DNA of 63,910 bases, counting the filler, from Octopus bimaculoides (lineage: Eukaryota), in NCBI RefSeq assembly GCF_001194135.2. It is 6 parts of 5 records of this genome, joined end to end, with 100 filler letters (N's around TTAATTAATTAA, not from the genome) between each part and the next. Parts side by side here need not be neighbours in the genome. Positions count along the whole stretch, not along the records: positions 1 to 28,886 come from NC_068993.1; 5 more parts are not named here. One strand, written 5' to 3'. Below the pieces are notes generated by a model. The model had not been told where the DNA came from. It saw only the letters and a program-made list of their open reading frames with translations, and searched no databases. The translations under genes and the position numbers were made by a program. Of this stretch, positions 1 to 11,474 are shown piece by piece. Each line of letters opens with the position of its first letter. Position 1 is the first letter of the stretch.

Positions 1-102
1 CGTGTGTATGTGTGCATATGTATGCACATATGTGTTTGCATGCGTGTGTGTGTATGTGTATGTGCGTGCATAAGCATGCGTTCGGAGGGGAGATGTATGT
101 GC

Positions 103-172
<70 letters not shown>

Positions 173-317
173 TTACATGGTGAGATGAATGAGGGAAGAC
201 TTGCACTTTACTGATACTTGAATCAATAATTGATTGCTTTTTCTTTCTTTTATATATATTTTTCTTTTTTCCTTTTTTTATGTTGTAATCAACATAACCT
301 TGAGCAAGGCAACTCAC

Positions 318-470
318 ACAACTCGCATCAGTGGAGCGAGGTGAGAATTAAGCAGTGCAGCTAAGTTGTATTCCGGAACTAAACGTACGACATTTAGGAA
401 AGCTGCTTCCAAGATACATCCACCAATAACACGAATTCGCACAAATCCATTTTGTGCCCGGAAAACAGTT
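318..470 (-). CDS. Candidate internal exon of an unidentified gene: (R)TVFRAQNGFVRIRVIGGCILEAAFLNVVRLVPEYNLAALLNSHLAPLMRV(V)
   Basis: 153-nt symmetric (2 to 2) open frame between cttccctgtag and a strong gtgagt donor, in unique non-repetitive sequence. No family recognised. Confidence 0.4.
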
Positions 471-516
471 CTACAGGGAAGCCATTTCTTTCGATAAATC
501 GGTATGGATGCATATC

Positions 517-606
<90 letters not shown>

Positions 607-1959
607 TACATACATATAAATACATATATACATATATATTTAAGTATATATATACATATATATAAGTANNNNNNNNNNNNNNNNNNNNNNNNNNNNNNNN
701 NNNNNNNNNNNNNNNNNNNNNNNNNNNNNNNNNNNNNNNNNNNNNNNNNNNNNNNNNNNNNNNNNNNNNNNNNNNNNNNNNNNNNNNNNNNNNNNNNNNN
801 NNNNNNNNNNNNNNNNNNNNNNNNNNNNNNNNNNNNNNNNNNNNNNNNNNNNNNNNNNNNNNNNNNNNNNNNNNNNNNNNNNNNNNNNNNNNNNNNNNNN
901 NNNNNNNNNNNNNNNNNNNNNNNNNNNNNNNNNNNNNNNNNNNNNNNNNNNNNNNNNNNNNNNNNNNNNNNNNNNNNNNNNNNNNNNNNNNNNNNNNNNN
1001 NNNATATATATATATATATATATATACATGTGCCACACAGTGGGACTAAACCCGGAACCATGTGGTTGTGGTTGGGAAGCAAGCTTCTTACCACACAGTC
1101 ACATCGCAGGTTCAATTCTCGGTAGGGGCGGCGCGTTGTGTTCTTGAGCAAAACACTTCATTTCACGTTGCTCCAGTCCACTCAGCTGTAAGCGGACAAC
1201 GCTGCGACAGAATAGTTTTCCGATCCGGGGAAATGTTGACCTGTTCGCTCTCCATCGAGGTGGCATCATTCAAAAGCTAAAACAATGCCAAGCGCATTGT
1301 GACAAGCGATGTATAACAATATCCGATAGTTTTGTCAGTACCGTGATACGTGACATATATGTATAGACATCACATACATACACACACATATACACACCTT
1401 CCACTGGGAAATTACCTGTGTAAATGAAGTGAAATTACTTCAAAGGGAAGTAAAACGGTCTGTGAGATCTGTGCTTTCTTCAGATAAGTTTTTCATGCAG
1501 GACATCACAAATGAATGTTGTCATCGAGCTGTGGTGCCTGCTTATTCGTTTCAGTAAGTATAGGGCGATAACTAAAGCAATCAATCTTAGTAAAACTTTA
1601 ATGAGGATTTTGGATCGTAGAAATTTTAGATATTCGGGAAACATTACAAAAATCGGAAAATGGAGTCATTTTGTTCAATGCCCCATATCATAATAATTGA
1701 ATTCATTTAGATAATTGTATCTATTAAGATCAATATATTATTATGTCATCATTTCGTGTTTTTTTTTATTTTTTATTAAAGTTAACTTCAACAAAAACCA
1801 CAAATGGCGGCTCTCTGAAGAGTCGCTGCTTAATTTCAGTAGTTAATAATGTTAATTGAGTTGATGAGCGGCTTCTTTTTTACATTGTCCTATGAGTTCT
1901 GGTATTCTTTTTCCCATTGTCCCAGGAGTTCTGGTATTCTTATTTCCTAAGCTGGGTAC

Positions 1960-2720
1960 ATTATTAAGAGTATTAAGAGTGAAGTTTATAGAGAATGGAA
2001 GTGGGTATCTCATGAGCTGTCATTGGAGAATAAAGCAGTGCATTCAACAATTTGAAACAATTAGCTAATCAGGATTAAACAAAGACGTTTTTCTAATCGA
2101 ATTGTGACAGGTGATAAGAAACGGCGATCGCCAAATGAAATTTCAGTTCCAATAACTAAACCAGATGTACACTCAAAGATTTTGCTGTACTTTTTGTGGA
2201 ATATAATAGGTATTGATAACTTCAAATTATTGGAACATGGAAAGCATCGCCACAGAACTTTATTACCAATAACTGGAACGTGTCGATCAAGTTTTGCTCA
2301 AAAAGCAACCAGATCTCGTCAAGAAAATGGCCGTCATCCTGCAAAATGATAATACAAGGCTATATTCGGTGAAGATAATCCAAGGAAAGTTAAATTCATT
2401 AGGGTGGGGAGCTTTAACTCGCCCTTCTTACTCTCCAGACCTAGCACTGTCAGATTTTCATTTATTCAGGTCGCTTGAAAAGTTTACCAGTGAAAAAAAA
2501 ACATTCAAAAGCAGGGACGATGTCAAAACGGCACTCCAGGCATTTCCTCTCCAAAAGAACCTGATTTTTGTACCCGAGGAATCAGAAAACTACTTTCGAT
2601 GTGGGAAAATGTTATTGCTAGCAATGGCGATGATATTTTGAATGAATAGATATATTTACGATATGTTTTATGCTGATTTGAACTTATTACATGAAATGCG
2701 ACATTGCTTTTCGATTGAAT
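1960..2720 (+). mobile_element. Degenerate mariner (DD34D) transposase remnant
   Basis: Frameshifted frames give WVSHEL (WVPHEL motif), IVTGDKK, LQNDNTR and PSYSPDLALSDFHLFRSL. Confidence 0.9.
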
Positions 2721-4253
2721 TCCCCGGGAAGGTGTCCTTCCCGGCAATTTAAAGAAATTCCTTCAATTGGTTTGACCTATCAGTGACGCACGTTAATTAT
2801 TCAAAAGCAAGTCAAGAGAACGTCATGAAATAGTGCCAAACATTTACGTCTTTTGCCGAGTTTTTTTTTTTTTTTCGTTTTGAAGTAAGTTTCATGGGAA
2901 TGATGCAACGATATGGTAACTTGACAATAAAATATCATATCGATTAGCCAGTTTCAATAATGACCTTTTACAACAATAGATGGACCACTGATCAAAGACA
3001 AGTTTACATTACTAAATTTGCTTCAAGCATAATCATAAATGCAAAAAAAAAAAAGATATTCGATACCCACTAAATAGTGTAAATCTGAAATACTTTGAAC
3101 TTAAAATATCGGAAATATGATAGCATTGGTTAAAAACAAAGTACCACAAATACTAAATATAAAATATGCATAAAACTAACAGAATATCTTCACCCCGTGA
3201 CTTTTGCAGTCACTTCGAGGCTAATGAGACTGATGTAGCAGATATTCAGGTTGAATATCTGCTGAACAATATCTGCATCATAAGAAAACGTGGACAAAGA
3301 GGAAGCAGTGGGTTTGGTCAGGATACTTGCAACTGAAAGGAGTAAAAAAAATGATGTGGGTGGGGGTGATATACGAAAATCTCTTCAGAGAAAACATTAT
3401 GAATTGGTGCTGTTATCGGGCTGTGGTGGTAGTAATTCATTTTAACTCATGTTGGCCAATTGCTGAAACAGTTAATCTTTAACCTTATCAGAGATCTCAG
3501 TGAATATTTCGGGTCATAAAAAATTGAAATCTTCAGGAAACAAAGTCGAGATAGACAAAAAAAAAAAAATGCAAGAGAAAGGGAAAAGGAAATCTCTTTG
3601 TTTGAGCATTGTTATCTCAACAAAATATTTAATACCCGATATCTCATAACAAAATATTTAGTACCCGATATCTCATAACAAAATAATTCAGTTCGATTAT
3701 AGAACTGTGTATGAGGCCAATACATCATTATAACATGTTTTCGATAACTCCATCAGAAAGCAAAATGGTGGATCTATGGAATTGCTGCTTAATTCTGGTA
3801 GATAATAACGTTAAGTGGATAGACAAGAAGCAAGAGAAATAAAAGCCGAAGAAAAATAAAGCAACATTAATCGGAATCGAATCTTGGTCTTAAACTCAGT
3901 TTGCTGAAAACAGCTTTTACTCTGCAATATTTAGTCACAGTAATTTACGAGGAGTTGTATGGCATGCCTAAAGCAGAATTCTGCCAATATTTCATTTGTT
4001 TACAGTTGACAACACGTACTGTCTCGCACAAAACGGCATCTTCCAAATCCTCTTTTCTGATTGGGTGAAAATTATCAAACTTTAAACCTCTATAACATTT
4101 TTTTAAAATTCTCCGGAAAAAGTGAAATATCTCCTGAGATTCAGCTTGGAAAACTACATTAATGTACCAAATTTTAAAATTTTCAATAAACATTGAACTT
4201 TCGAAAATTGGCAGCGAAACTGAAAAATTCCTACACTCGTAACACAGTATTAT

Positions 4254-4667
4254 GGTAATCCTTCGGTAGGAAGTGTTTAAAAAAGTAAATAAAAATTAAA
4301 GAGGAAATAACAACAAGGGGAGATAAATAAGTCAAATTACTGTTAAGCAACGTAGACATTGACTGTAGCAACTAAAAAGTGAACAAGTGTATTTTTCTTT
4401 GATATAGAATTCCTCCATATAAATTCGTGTAAATACGAGACAAATAAATCATCTGACATTCCACAGTGACGTCGTAGTTTTCCTTTTTACACGCATCCAC
4501 ATGTTTTCCACATTTTTGTGTATGGACGTCCTTATTTGTCGGATATACAAAGTCCTCTTGCTGCACAATCACTTCATGAGTGTAAATACCGTCATTTCTC
4601 CCCTAGTTGCTATTCCGCACTTTAATTTTTATTCACTTTTTTAATCACCTCATACTGAAGGATTACC
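4254..4667 (-). mobile_element. Internally deleted Merlin (IS1595/ISXO2-like) DNA transposon
   Basis: TIRs GGTAATCCTTCGGTAGG / GGTAATCCTTCAGTATG (15/17) and 9-bp TSD cagtattat / caatattat. Two frameshifts restore YTHEVIVQQEDFVYPTNKDVHTQNVENMWMRVKRKLRRHCGMSDDLFVSYLHEFIWRN. Confidence 0.85.
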
Positions 4668-5817
4668 CAATATTATATTTTGCATTAACATTTCTACCTT
4701 CTTTTCTCTTTTACTCTTTTACTCTTTTACTTGTTTCAGTCATTTGACTGTGGCCATGCTGGAGCACCGCCTTTAGTCGAGAAAATCGACCTCAGGACTT
4801 ATTCTTTGGATGCCTAGTACTTATTCTATCGGTGTCTTTTGCCAAACTGCTAAGTTACGGGGACGTAAACACACCAGCGTCGGTTGTCAANNNNNNNNNN
4901 NNNNNNNNNNNNNNNNNNNNNNNNNNNNNNNNNNNNNNNNNNNNNNNNNNNNNNNNNNNNNNNNNNNNNNNNNNNNNNNNNNNNNNNNNNNNNNNNNNNN
5001 NNNNNNNNNNNNNNNNNNNNNNNNNNNNNNNNNNNNNNNNNNNNNNNNNNNNNNNNNNNNNNNNNNNNNNNNNNNNNNNNNNNNNNNNNNNNNNNNNNNN
5101 NNNNNNNNNNNNNNNNNNNNNNNNNNNNNNNNNNNNNNNNNNNNNNNNNNNNNNNNNNNNNNNNNNNNNNNNNNNNNNNNNNNNNNNNNNNNNNNNNNNN
5201 NNNNNNNNNNNNNNNNNNNNNNNNNNNNNNNNNNNNNNNNNNNNNNNNNNNNNNNNNNNNNNNNNNNNNNNNNNNNNNNNNNNNNNNNNNNNNNNNNNNN
5301 NNNNNNNNNNNNNNNNNNNNNNNNNNNNNNNNNNNNNNNNNNNNNNNNNNNNNNNTTTTTTTTTTTTTTTTTTGCTTATTTGTTTGTTTTCCTTTGCACA
5401 CATAATATCAGAATACATAACAAACTACATGCTTTAAAAACCATATTTTTCATTAAAACCGTCAAACACGATACGCACAAACATGCCAACACCGTTTCAC
5501 AAACTCTGTATATTTATGTATATCACTCATCGGGAGCAACCGACAAAATAAAGCCCAGATAACGTCAAAACGAATTAATTAAAATGAAACAGCTATTAAA
5601 AATCTGGCGCATGTCAAATGTCGACTATCCATACGAATACTCATGCCTCCTACATCCTGATATAAATATTCAAGAATTTTATTTGCTTTACATCAATCTA
5701 GTTAATTTTTTTTTTTATAACAATTTCTTTTATCTTGACATACAAGCTATTGCAAATTCTTGTAACGTTTTACATATGTTAGAATATTCGGTTCTAACCT
5801 ATTTTATTTTTCTTCCA

Positions 5818-5872
<55 letters not shown>

Positions 5873-7592
5873 GTTATTATTATTATTATTATTATAGTTG
5901 TTGTTTTGGGGGATGCATGTTTGTGTTTAACTAAACAGAATTAAGTAACAGATGTAAACGCTTACTCGTGTCCTAGAATTTNNNNNNNNNNNNNNNNNNN
6001 NNNNNNNNNNNNNNNNNNNNNNNNNNNNNNNNNNNNNNNNNNNNNNNNNNNNNNNNNNNNNNNNNNNNNNNNNNNNNNNNNNNNNNNNNNNNNNNNNNNN
6101 NNNNNNNNNNNNNNNNNNNNNNNNNNNNNNNNNNNNNNNNNNNNNNNNNNNNNNNNNNNNNNNNNNNNNNNNNNNNNNNNNNNNNNNNNNNNNNNNNNNN
6201 NNNNNNNNNNNNNNNNNNNNNNNNNNNNNNNNNNNNNNNNNNNNNNNNNNNNNNNNNNNNNNNNNNNNNNNNNNNNNNNNNNGTGGTGGTGGTGGTGGTG
6301 GTGGTGGTGGAGTTGTGGTGCTAATAGTGTCTGTTGGGGAATGGTGCGGGAGTGGTAATGGTTCTGGTTGTGGTAGCGATAGTTGTGGCGACGTTGATGA
6401 TGATGGTTGTGGTGGTGGTGGTGATGATATTCTTGGTGATGGTGGTGGTAGTAGTGGTGTTAGTGGTGATGTGTTGATAGTGGTGGTGGTGGTGGTTATA
6501 GTAGCAGTGTTGGTGGTTATGGTGGTAGGGATAGTGGTGGTTATGGTGGTGCTTATCCCATCACCCCTTCTAGGCCAATCTGTATCAGACACATGATAAA
6601 ATGGAAAGCATTCCAGATTGACTCTGCATGAAGCTAGCGATTCTGCCAGCTCGCTACCTTAGTAAACTTATTAATAACGGTTTCTAATTTTAAGGTTGCG
6701 AGCTGGCAGAATCGTTAGGCACACCGGTTTCAATGTTTAGAAGTTTTTCGACCGTATTTCGACCATATTCTGAGTCCAAATTCCGCCGAGGTCGACTTTA
6801 CCTTTCATCCTTTCGGGATCGATAAAATAAATAGCAGTCAATCACTGAGGTCGATGTAATCGATTTATCCCTCTCCCTCGAAGTGTTGTCCCTGATAGTA
6901 ATAATAACGATAACATCTTTACGAGTATTTATTTTGACTATTTACGCATTGTTATATGCTCGCGCGAGCGAGCGTGTGTGTGTGTGTTTCGGCATACTTG
7001 TCAGATACATTAGCAAGCTTTTCATGGAGAAATGCCAAATACAAAAGCAGAAAGTGAACTTTTAGTGATATTTTACAATTTAAGGATCGATAGTTTTGAA
7101 GTAAAATATATCAGATTTTATTCGTGGTTATCCGCGTTTTTCCCGCCGCCATTGCATTCTTGCACGTACGATGCGTCATACATACACTATGCACAGATGT
7201 TAGACGGTTATCTAATATATAAAATTCGTTATCAATATACAAACTTTAATAATCAAACATCCTTAACCCTTGGTCTACCAGAGAAAATGTAGCCAACCAA
7301 TCAATAGATAGTATATGCAACTACATGTACATAGACCTAGTTTTCTCTTGTTTATTTCTTCTTGCCACAGGAGTAGATAAGGTTTCTGTGTTGGAATGCT
7401 TGTTATATAATTTCAGCTCAACTAGTAGGAAAGGATTAAGGAATTTGCCAAACGTTTGCTACGGCTGAACGACAGAAATTAATTAAAAATAATAAAATGA
7501 AACTCAAACACTACTTCTCTGTCTTCGCTATTATTTATATAGTATTACATAATATATCATATTATAAATTTAGCTTTTTATTCTTGTTATTA

Positions 7593-7636
<44 letters not shown>

Positions 7637-7638
<2 letters not shown>

Positions 7639-8150
7639 AATATACGAAGCCCAATATACCCATCATGAATACCAGTCTGATAAGGGTACACCAGGCACAT
7701 GCATCACAACCATATGTGCGCAACATAGTAGTCTCATATCAAGATGAACAGCGCATGACCTTGCAGGCGGGGCCCAGTTAGAATTTTCTTCAGGTCGAGT
7801 AGCCCATCTCACTCAAAAGGTTCTTGAACAAAGTTTGTTTGAGGATGTCGAACGAAATACCCATGTTTCCAAAGGTGAATTATCCAAACCCCAAAGAATT
7901 CCTCTCAACACATGACTATGATGCTCCCCAACTACTTATGCTCGTGATCAGAGATGCACATATCGTCAGCCACCAAGGGACATGCTCAAATGATTAAGAT
8001 CAAGCAACTGACAAACAGATCTGTGGTATTGAGCAGAATATTTGCTGAGGTCCATCTTTTATACCAAGACAAAACAATGTACGTAATAGCACTTGCAATC
8101 AGTTAAGATTAGAAGTGATGAGAGTCACTGCCTGGTACTACATCAGGGCA

Positions 8151-8152
<2 letters not shown>
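7637..8152 (-). mobile_element. ~515-bp interspersed element embedded in an (ATT)n microsatellite (possible R4/Dong-like non-LTR 3' end)
   Basis: Complex sequence flanked on both sides by (ATT)n; no ORF. The clade assignment is inference only. Confidence 0.4.
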
Positions 8153-8213
<61 letters not shown>

Positions 8214-8719
8214 CATTATTCGAACATGCTAGACGCTCGTCACATCGCTAGTAAGTTTATTAATTGTTAACTTTTTGTTATATAAGATTTGTTAAGGTCA
8301 AAACCACAGTGTTGCTTGGTTAGTTGGCTGGTTGGTTGGTCAGTCAGTTGGTCGGTTGATCGGTCGATCGGTCGGTCGGTCGGTCGGTTGTTTTTCGCTC
8401 TCTTAGAGCCTAAATTTGAAAATAAAAATTTCAAATTTTGTTCTGAAAAATATATTTTTTTAAAGATAGTGTTGGCTCTCGACTGAGGATGTAGAGTTCT
8501 GCGAAAGGTCGATAACAGCTGACGAAATACGGGAAGCGATAACGGACTGCATGATGGAGAATCTATCGGGGTCGGATTATCTTCCCCACGAGCTTTATTG
8601 TTATATGTCACACTTGTTCGACATATGCCACCTGTAGCAACCATGGCAGATGTCAACTGCAAATCGTAGCAGAATGGGGGAATTAGAAGCCCTGCCAAAA
8701 GAGGTGTTATTTCTTTACT

Positions 8720-8912
8720 ACCCAGAAGGGGCTACACACAGAGGAGACAAACAAGGACAGACAAACACGGATTAAGTCGATTATATCGACCCCAGTGCGT
8801 AATTGGTACTTAATTTATCGACCCCGAAAGGATGAAAGGTAAAGTCGACCTCGGCGGAATTTGAACTCAGAACGTAACGGCAGACGAAATACCGCTAAGC
8901 ATTTCGCCCGGC
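8720..8912 (-). mobile_element. SINE family B (GGCGAGCTGGCAGAA head; CCTTTCATCCTTTCGGGGTCGATAAA core, possibly Meta-domain)
   Basis: The same core recurs at ~6703-6900, 14480-15010, 25770-25915, 28560-28800, 30464-30930, 34200-34350, 51570-51760 and 56200-56390. Confidence 0.8.
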
Positions 8913-8914
8913 GA

Positions 8915-9028
8915 AATTATAAAGAATTTCGTATTCTTGCATGACAACACTCCCTCCCACTCTTCTAGGACCACCCAAGCATTGCTAGGGTCGTACGGCA
9001 TACAAGGTGTCAGGTTGATGGTGTGGCT
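8915..9028 (+). mobile_element. Tc1-like transposase fragment cut by a gap
   Basis: FVFLHDNTPSHSSRTTQALLGSYGIQGVRLMVW matches the HDNAPSH...W(PxxSPDL) catalytic segment. Confidence 0.75.
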
Positions 9029-9571
9029 NNNNNNNNNNNNNNNNNNNNNNNNNNNNNNNNNNNNNNNNNNNNNNNNNNNNNNNNNNNNNNNNNNNNNNNN
9101 NNNNNNNNNNNNNNNNNNNNNNNNNNNNNNNNNNNNNNNNNNNNNNNNNNNNNNNNNNNNNNNNNNNNNNNNNNNNNNNNNNNNNNNNNNNNNNNNNNNN
9201 NNNNNNNNNNNNNNNNNNNNNNNNNNNNNNNNNNNNNNNNNNNNNNNNNNNNNNNNNNNNNNNNNNNNNNNNNNNNNNNNNNNNNNNNNNNNNNNNNNNN
9301 NNNNNNNNNNNNNNNNNNNNNNNNNNNNNNNNNNNNNNNNNNNNNNNNNNNNNNNNNNNNNNNNNNNNNNNNNNNNNNNNNNNNNNNNNNNNNNNNNNNN
9401 NNNNNNNNNNNNNNNNNNNNNNNNNNNNNNNNNNNNNNNNNNNNNNNNNNNNNNNNNNNNNNNNNNNNNNNNNNNNNNNNNNNNNNNNNNNNNNNNNNNN
9501 NNNNNNNNNNNNNNNNNNNNNNNNNNNNNNNNNNNNNNNNNNACACATACGCGTGCGTGTGTTTTCTATAT

Positions 9572-9808
9572 AGTAACTTAATGAAATATTGGCAGCAACT
9601 CAAATTTCATGCTCGAATGAAACACCCTAGTTTGTTTAAATTAAACGAAACTTAACTGTCTTCTTCATCATCAGGCTGCGTCTAGTTTTTTCCCCAAAAT
9701 TAGTCTGATAAATGAATACGGTGATTAATCAACATTTGTCTGAAAAGAACTGAGATGTTTCGCCCAAACATAAAACTTGAGTCGCTGCCAAGATTCCATT
9801 AAGTTACT
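9572..9808. mobile_element. MITE with ~32-bp terminal inverted repeats, superfamily unassigned
   Basis: AGTAACTTAATGAAATATTGGCAGCAACTCAA versus the reverse complement of the right end, AGTAACTTAATGGAATCTTGGCAGCGACTCAA (3 mismatches). No clear TSD. Confidence 0.7.
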
Positions 9809-10028
9809 TCATATTAAAAAGACAAAACTCTTATATGAATATTGACTTCACTTGCTAAACTTTATCCTCAAACGAATATATATACCTTTGTGTATATGTA
9901 TATATATAAGTGTGTATGTTTGCGTATATATGTATGTCTGTATTATGTATACTCATGTATGTACATACATAATGTGTGTGTGTACATACACATACACGTT
10001 TACATACATGTATACACTCACATATACA

Positions 10029-10068
<40 letters not shown>

Positions 10069-10822
10069 CACATACACACATGCATGCATGTATAATTGAG
10101 TAGTGGTAATCAAAAAGATCTTGGTAATTAACTTAATTGTTAGCTTTATATACGTGGAGGTTCTACTTACTCCAAAGGAATACATAAATATTCCAAATCA
10201 TTCCACTAGTCAATGTAACAGTCCTTGCAAATTTAAACAGATGTATAACGATCCCAGGCACCATTAAGTCTATCTAATTGCTGCATATCACGTAGTGTAT
10301 CATTTAGTAAAGTGACTAAAATGTACAGCTAAATACATTACTACATGCGTAGTTATTTACTGAAAAAAGAATATTGCATAACTTCCCATTATTGCATACC
10401 ACGCCTATAGTTATGCACTAATGTGAAATTATATAACATTGAGTAATTATTATTCATTGTTGAATAAATAACCGTGGTATTGAAACGCATGTAGTGATGT
10501 TTTGTGTTGTCCATTCTTATTTCTTTATAATATATATATAAGGGAGAGGAGAAGAGGGTTGAAAAGGGAAAACAAGAATAGAAATGAAATGAAGGAGAGT
10601 ATATGGAAAAGGAAATGTGAAAATGAGGAAGGTAAAGAGAATTTAGGAAAAGAATGAAGGTATGCTGAAAAGAAATAGACGAAAAGAATGAAGAAACGAG
10701 AGATGAAAGAAATAATGTATCGAACAAAATTAGTTTTATTGATCTCAAGATTTAACAATGTCTACCACACATACATACACACGCACGCGCGCGAGCTTTA
10801 TACTGGATTGACAGGGTCTTAA

Positions 10823-11474
10823 CCCATTAGCATTTAAACCGGCCATATATGGTCAAAATAGTCTACCTGCTTTATGTTCAAACTGGCCAGATCCAAGTTC
10901 TCTCATCTACCCTTCAATATCATTGTAAAAATGATCCCATCATCGAAATCTTGAAGCTACAGGATTGTAGTGGCGCGAAATTACAGCCGCCATTGAGGAA
11001 GTACTATTCTGCGCATGCGCAGGGGACTTCACCACCGGAAGCCCTTCGAGTTGCGCATGCGTAGTAAAACTCGTACTTAAACAGTGAGTTTCACTTTCTC
11101 AGCGAGTTGAGCCCGAGACCTTCTACGTAACAACACCTCGCTCCTCCACGATGCACTTTTACACTGTTCTCTGGCAGGCATCAAGGAAGCCCTTAACCTT
11201 CCATTACCAAACTACAACTTAATCAGCGGCTGCTAAGCTGAATGACAGGAATTGTGAAACCAAGCATCATCAGAAAAATAAAGCTTATATTTTTATTATG
11301 TTGTAAAATTGTTCTAATGTCTCTTCATATATAATGCTGTTGAAAGGTGATAGAGAGAGACTAAAGTCTCTATGACAACTATCAAACTTTTTACAGGATA
11401 ATGCATGCATAATTAAAAATAAATTGAATTTTAAAAAGCATTGCATTTGACAGAGAAATCTGAATGCTAAAGGG
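10823..11474. mobile_element. piggyBac-type MITE split by a ~430-bp insert (10966-11391)
   Basis: TTAA flanks and CCC(A/T)TTAGCATT TIRs. The two halves match the intact copy at 21390-21606; tacaggat occurs at both insert junctions. Confidence 0.8.
10966..11170. promoter_or_regulatory. CpG-rich patch with NRF1-, ETS- and YY1-like motifs
   Basis: CTGCGCATGCGCAG (11009-11022), TGCGCATGCG (11052-11061), CCGGAAG (11035-11041) and GCCGCCATT (~10986). Function unproven. Confidence 0.35.

Noticed and set aside
10966-11135. Solo LTR (TGT...ACA)
   Set aside because: No matching 4-6-bp TSD at that boundary.
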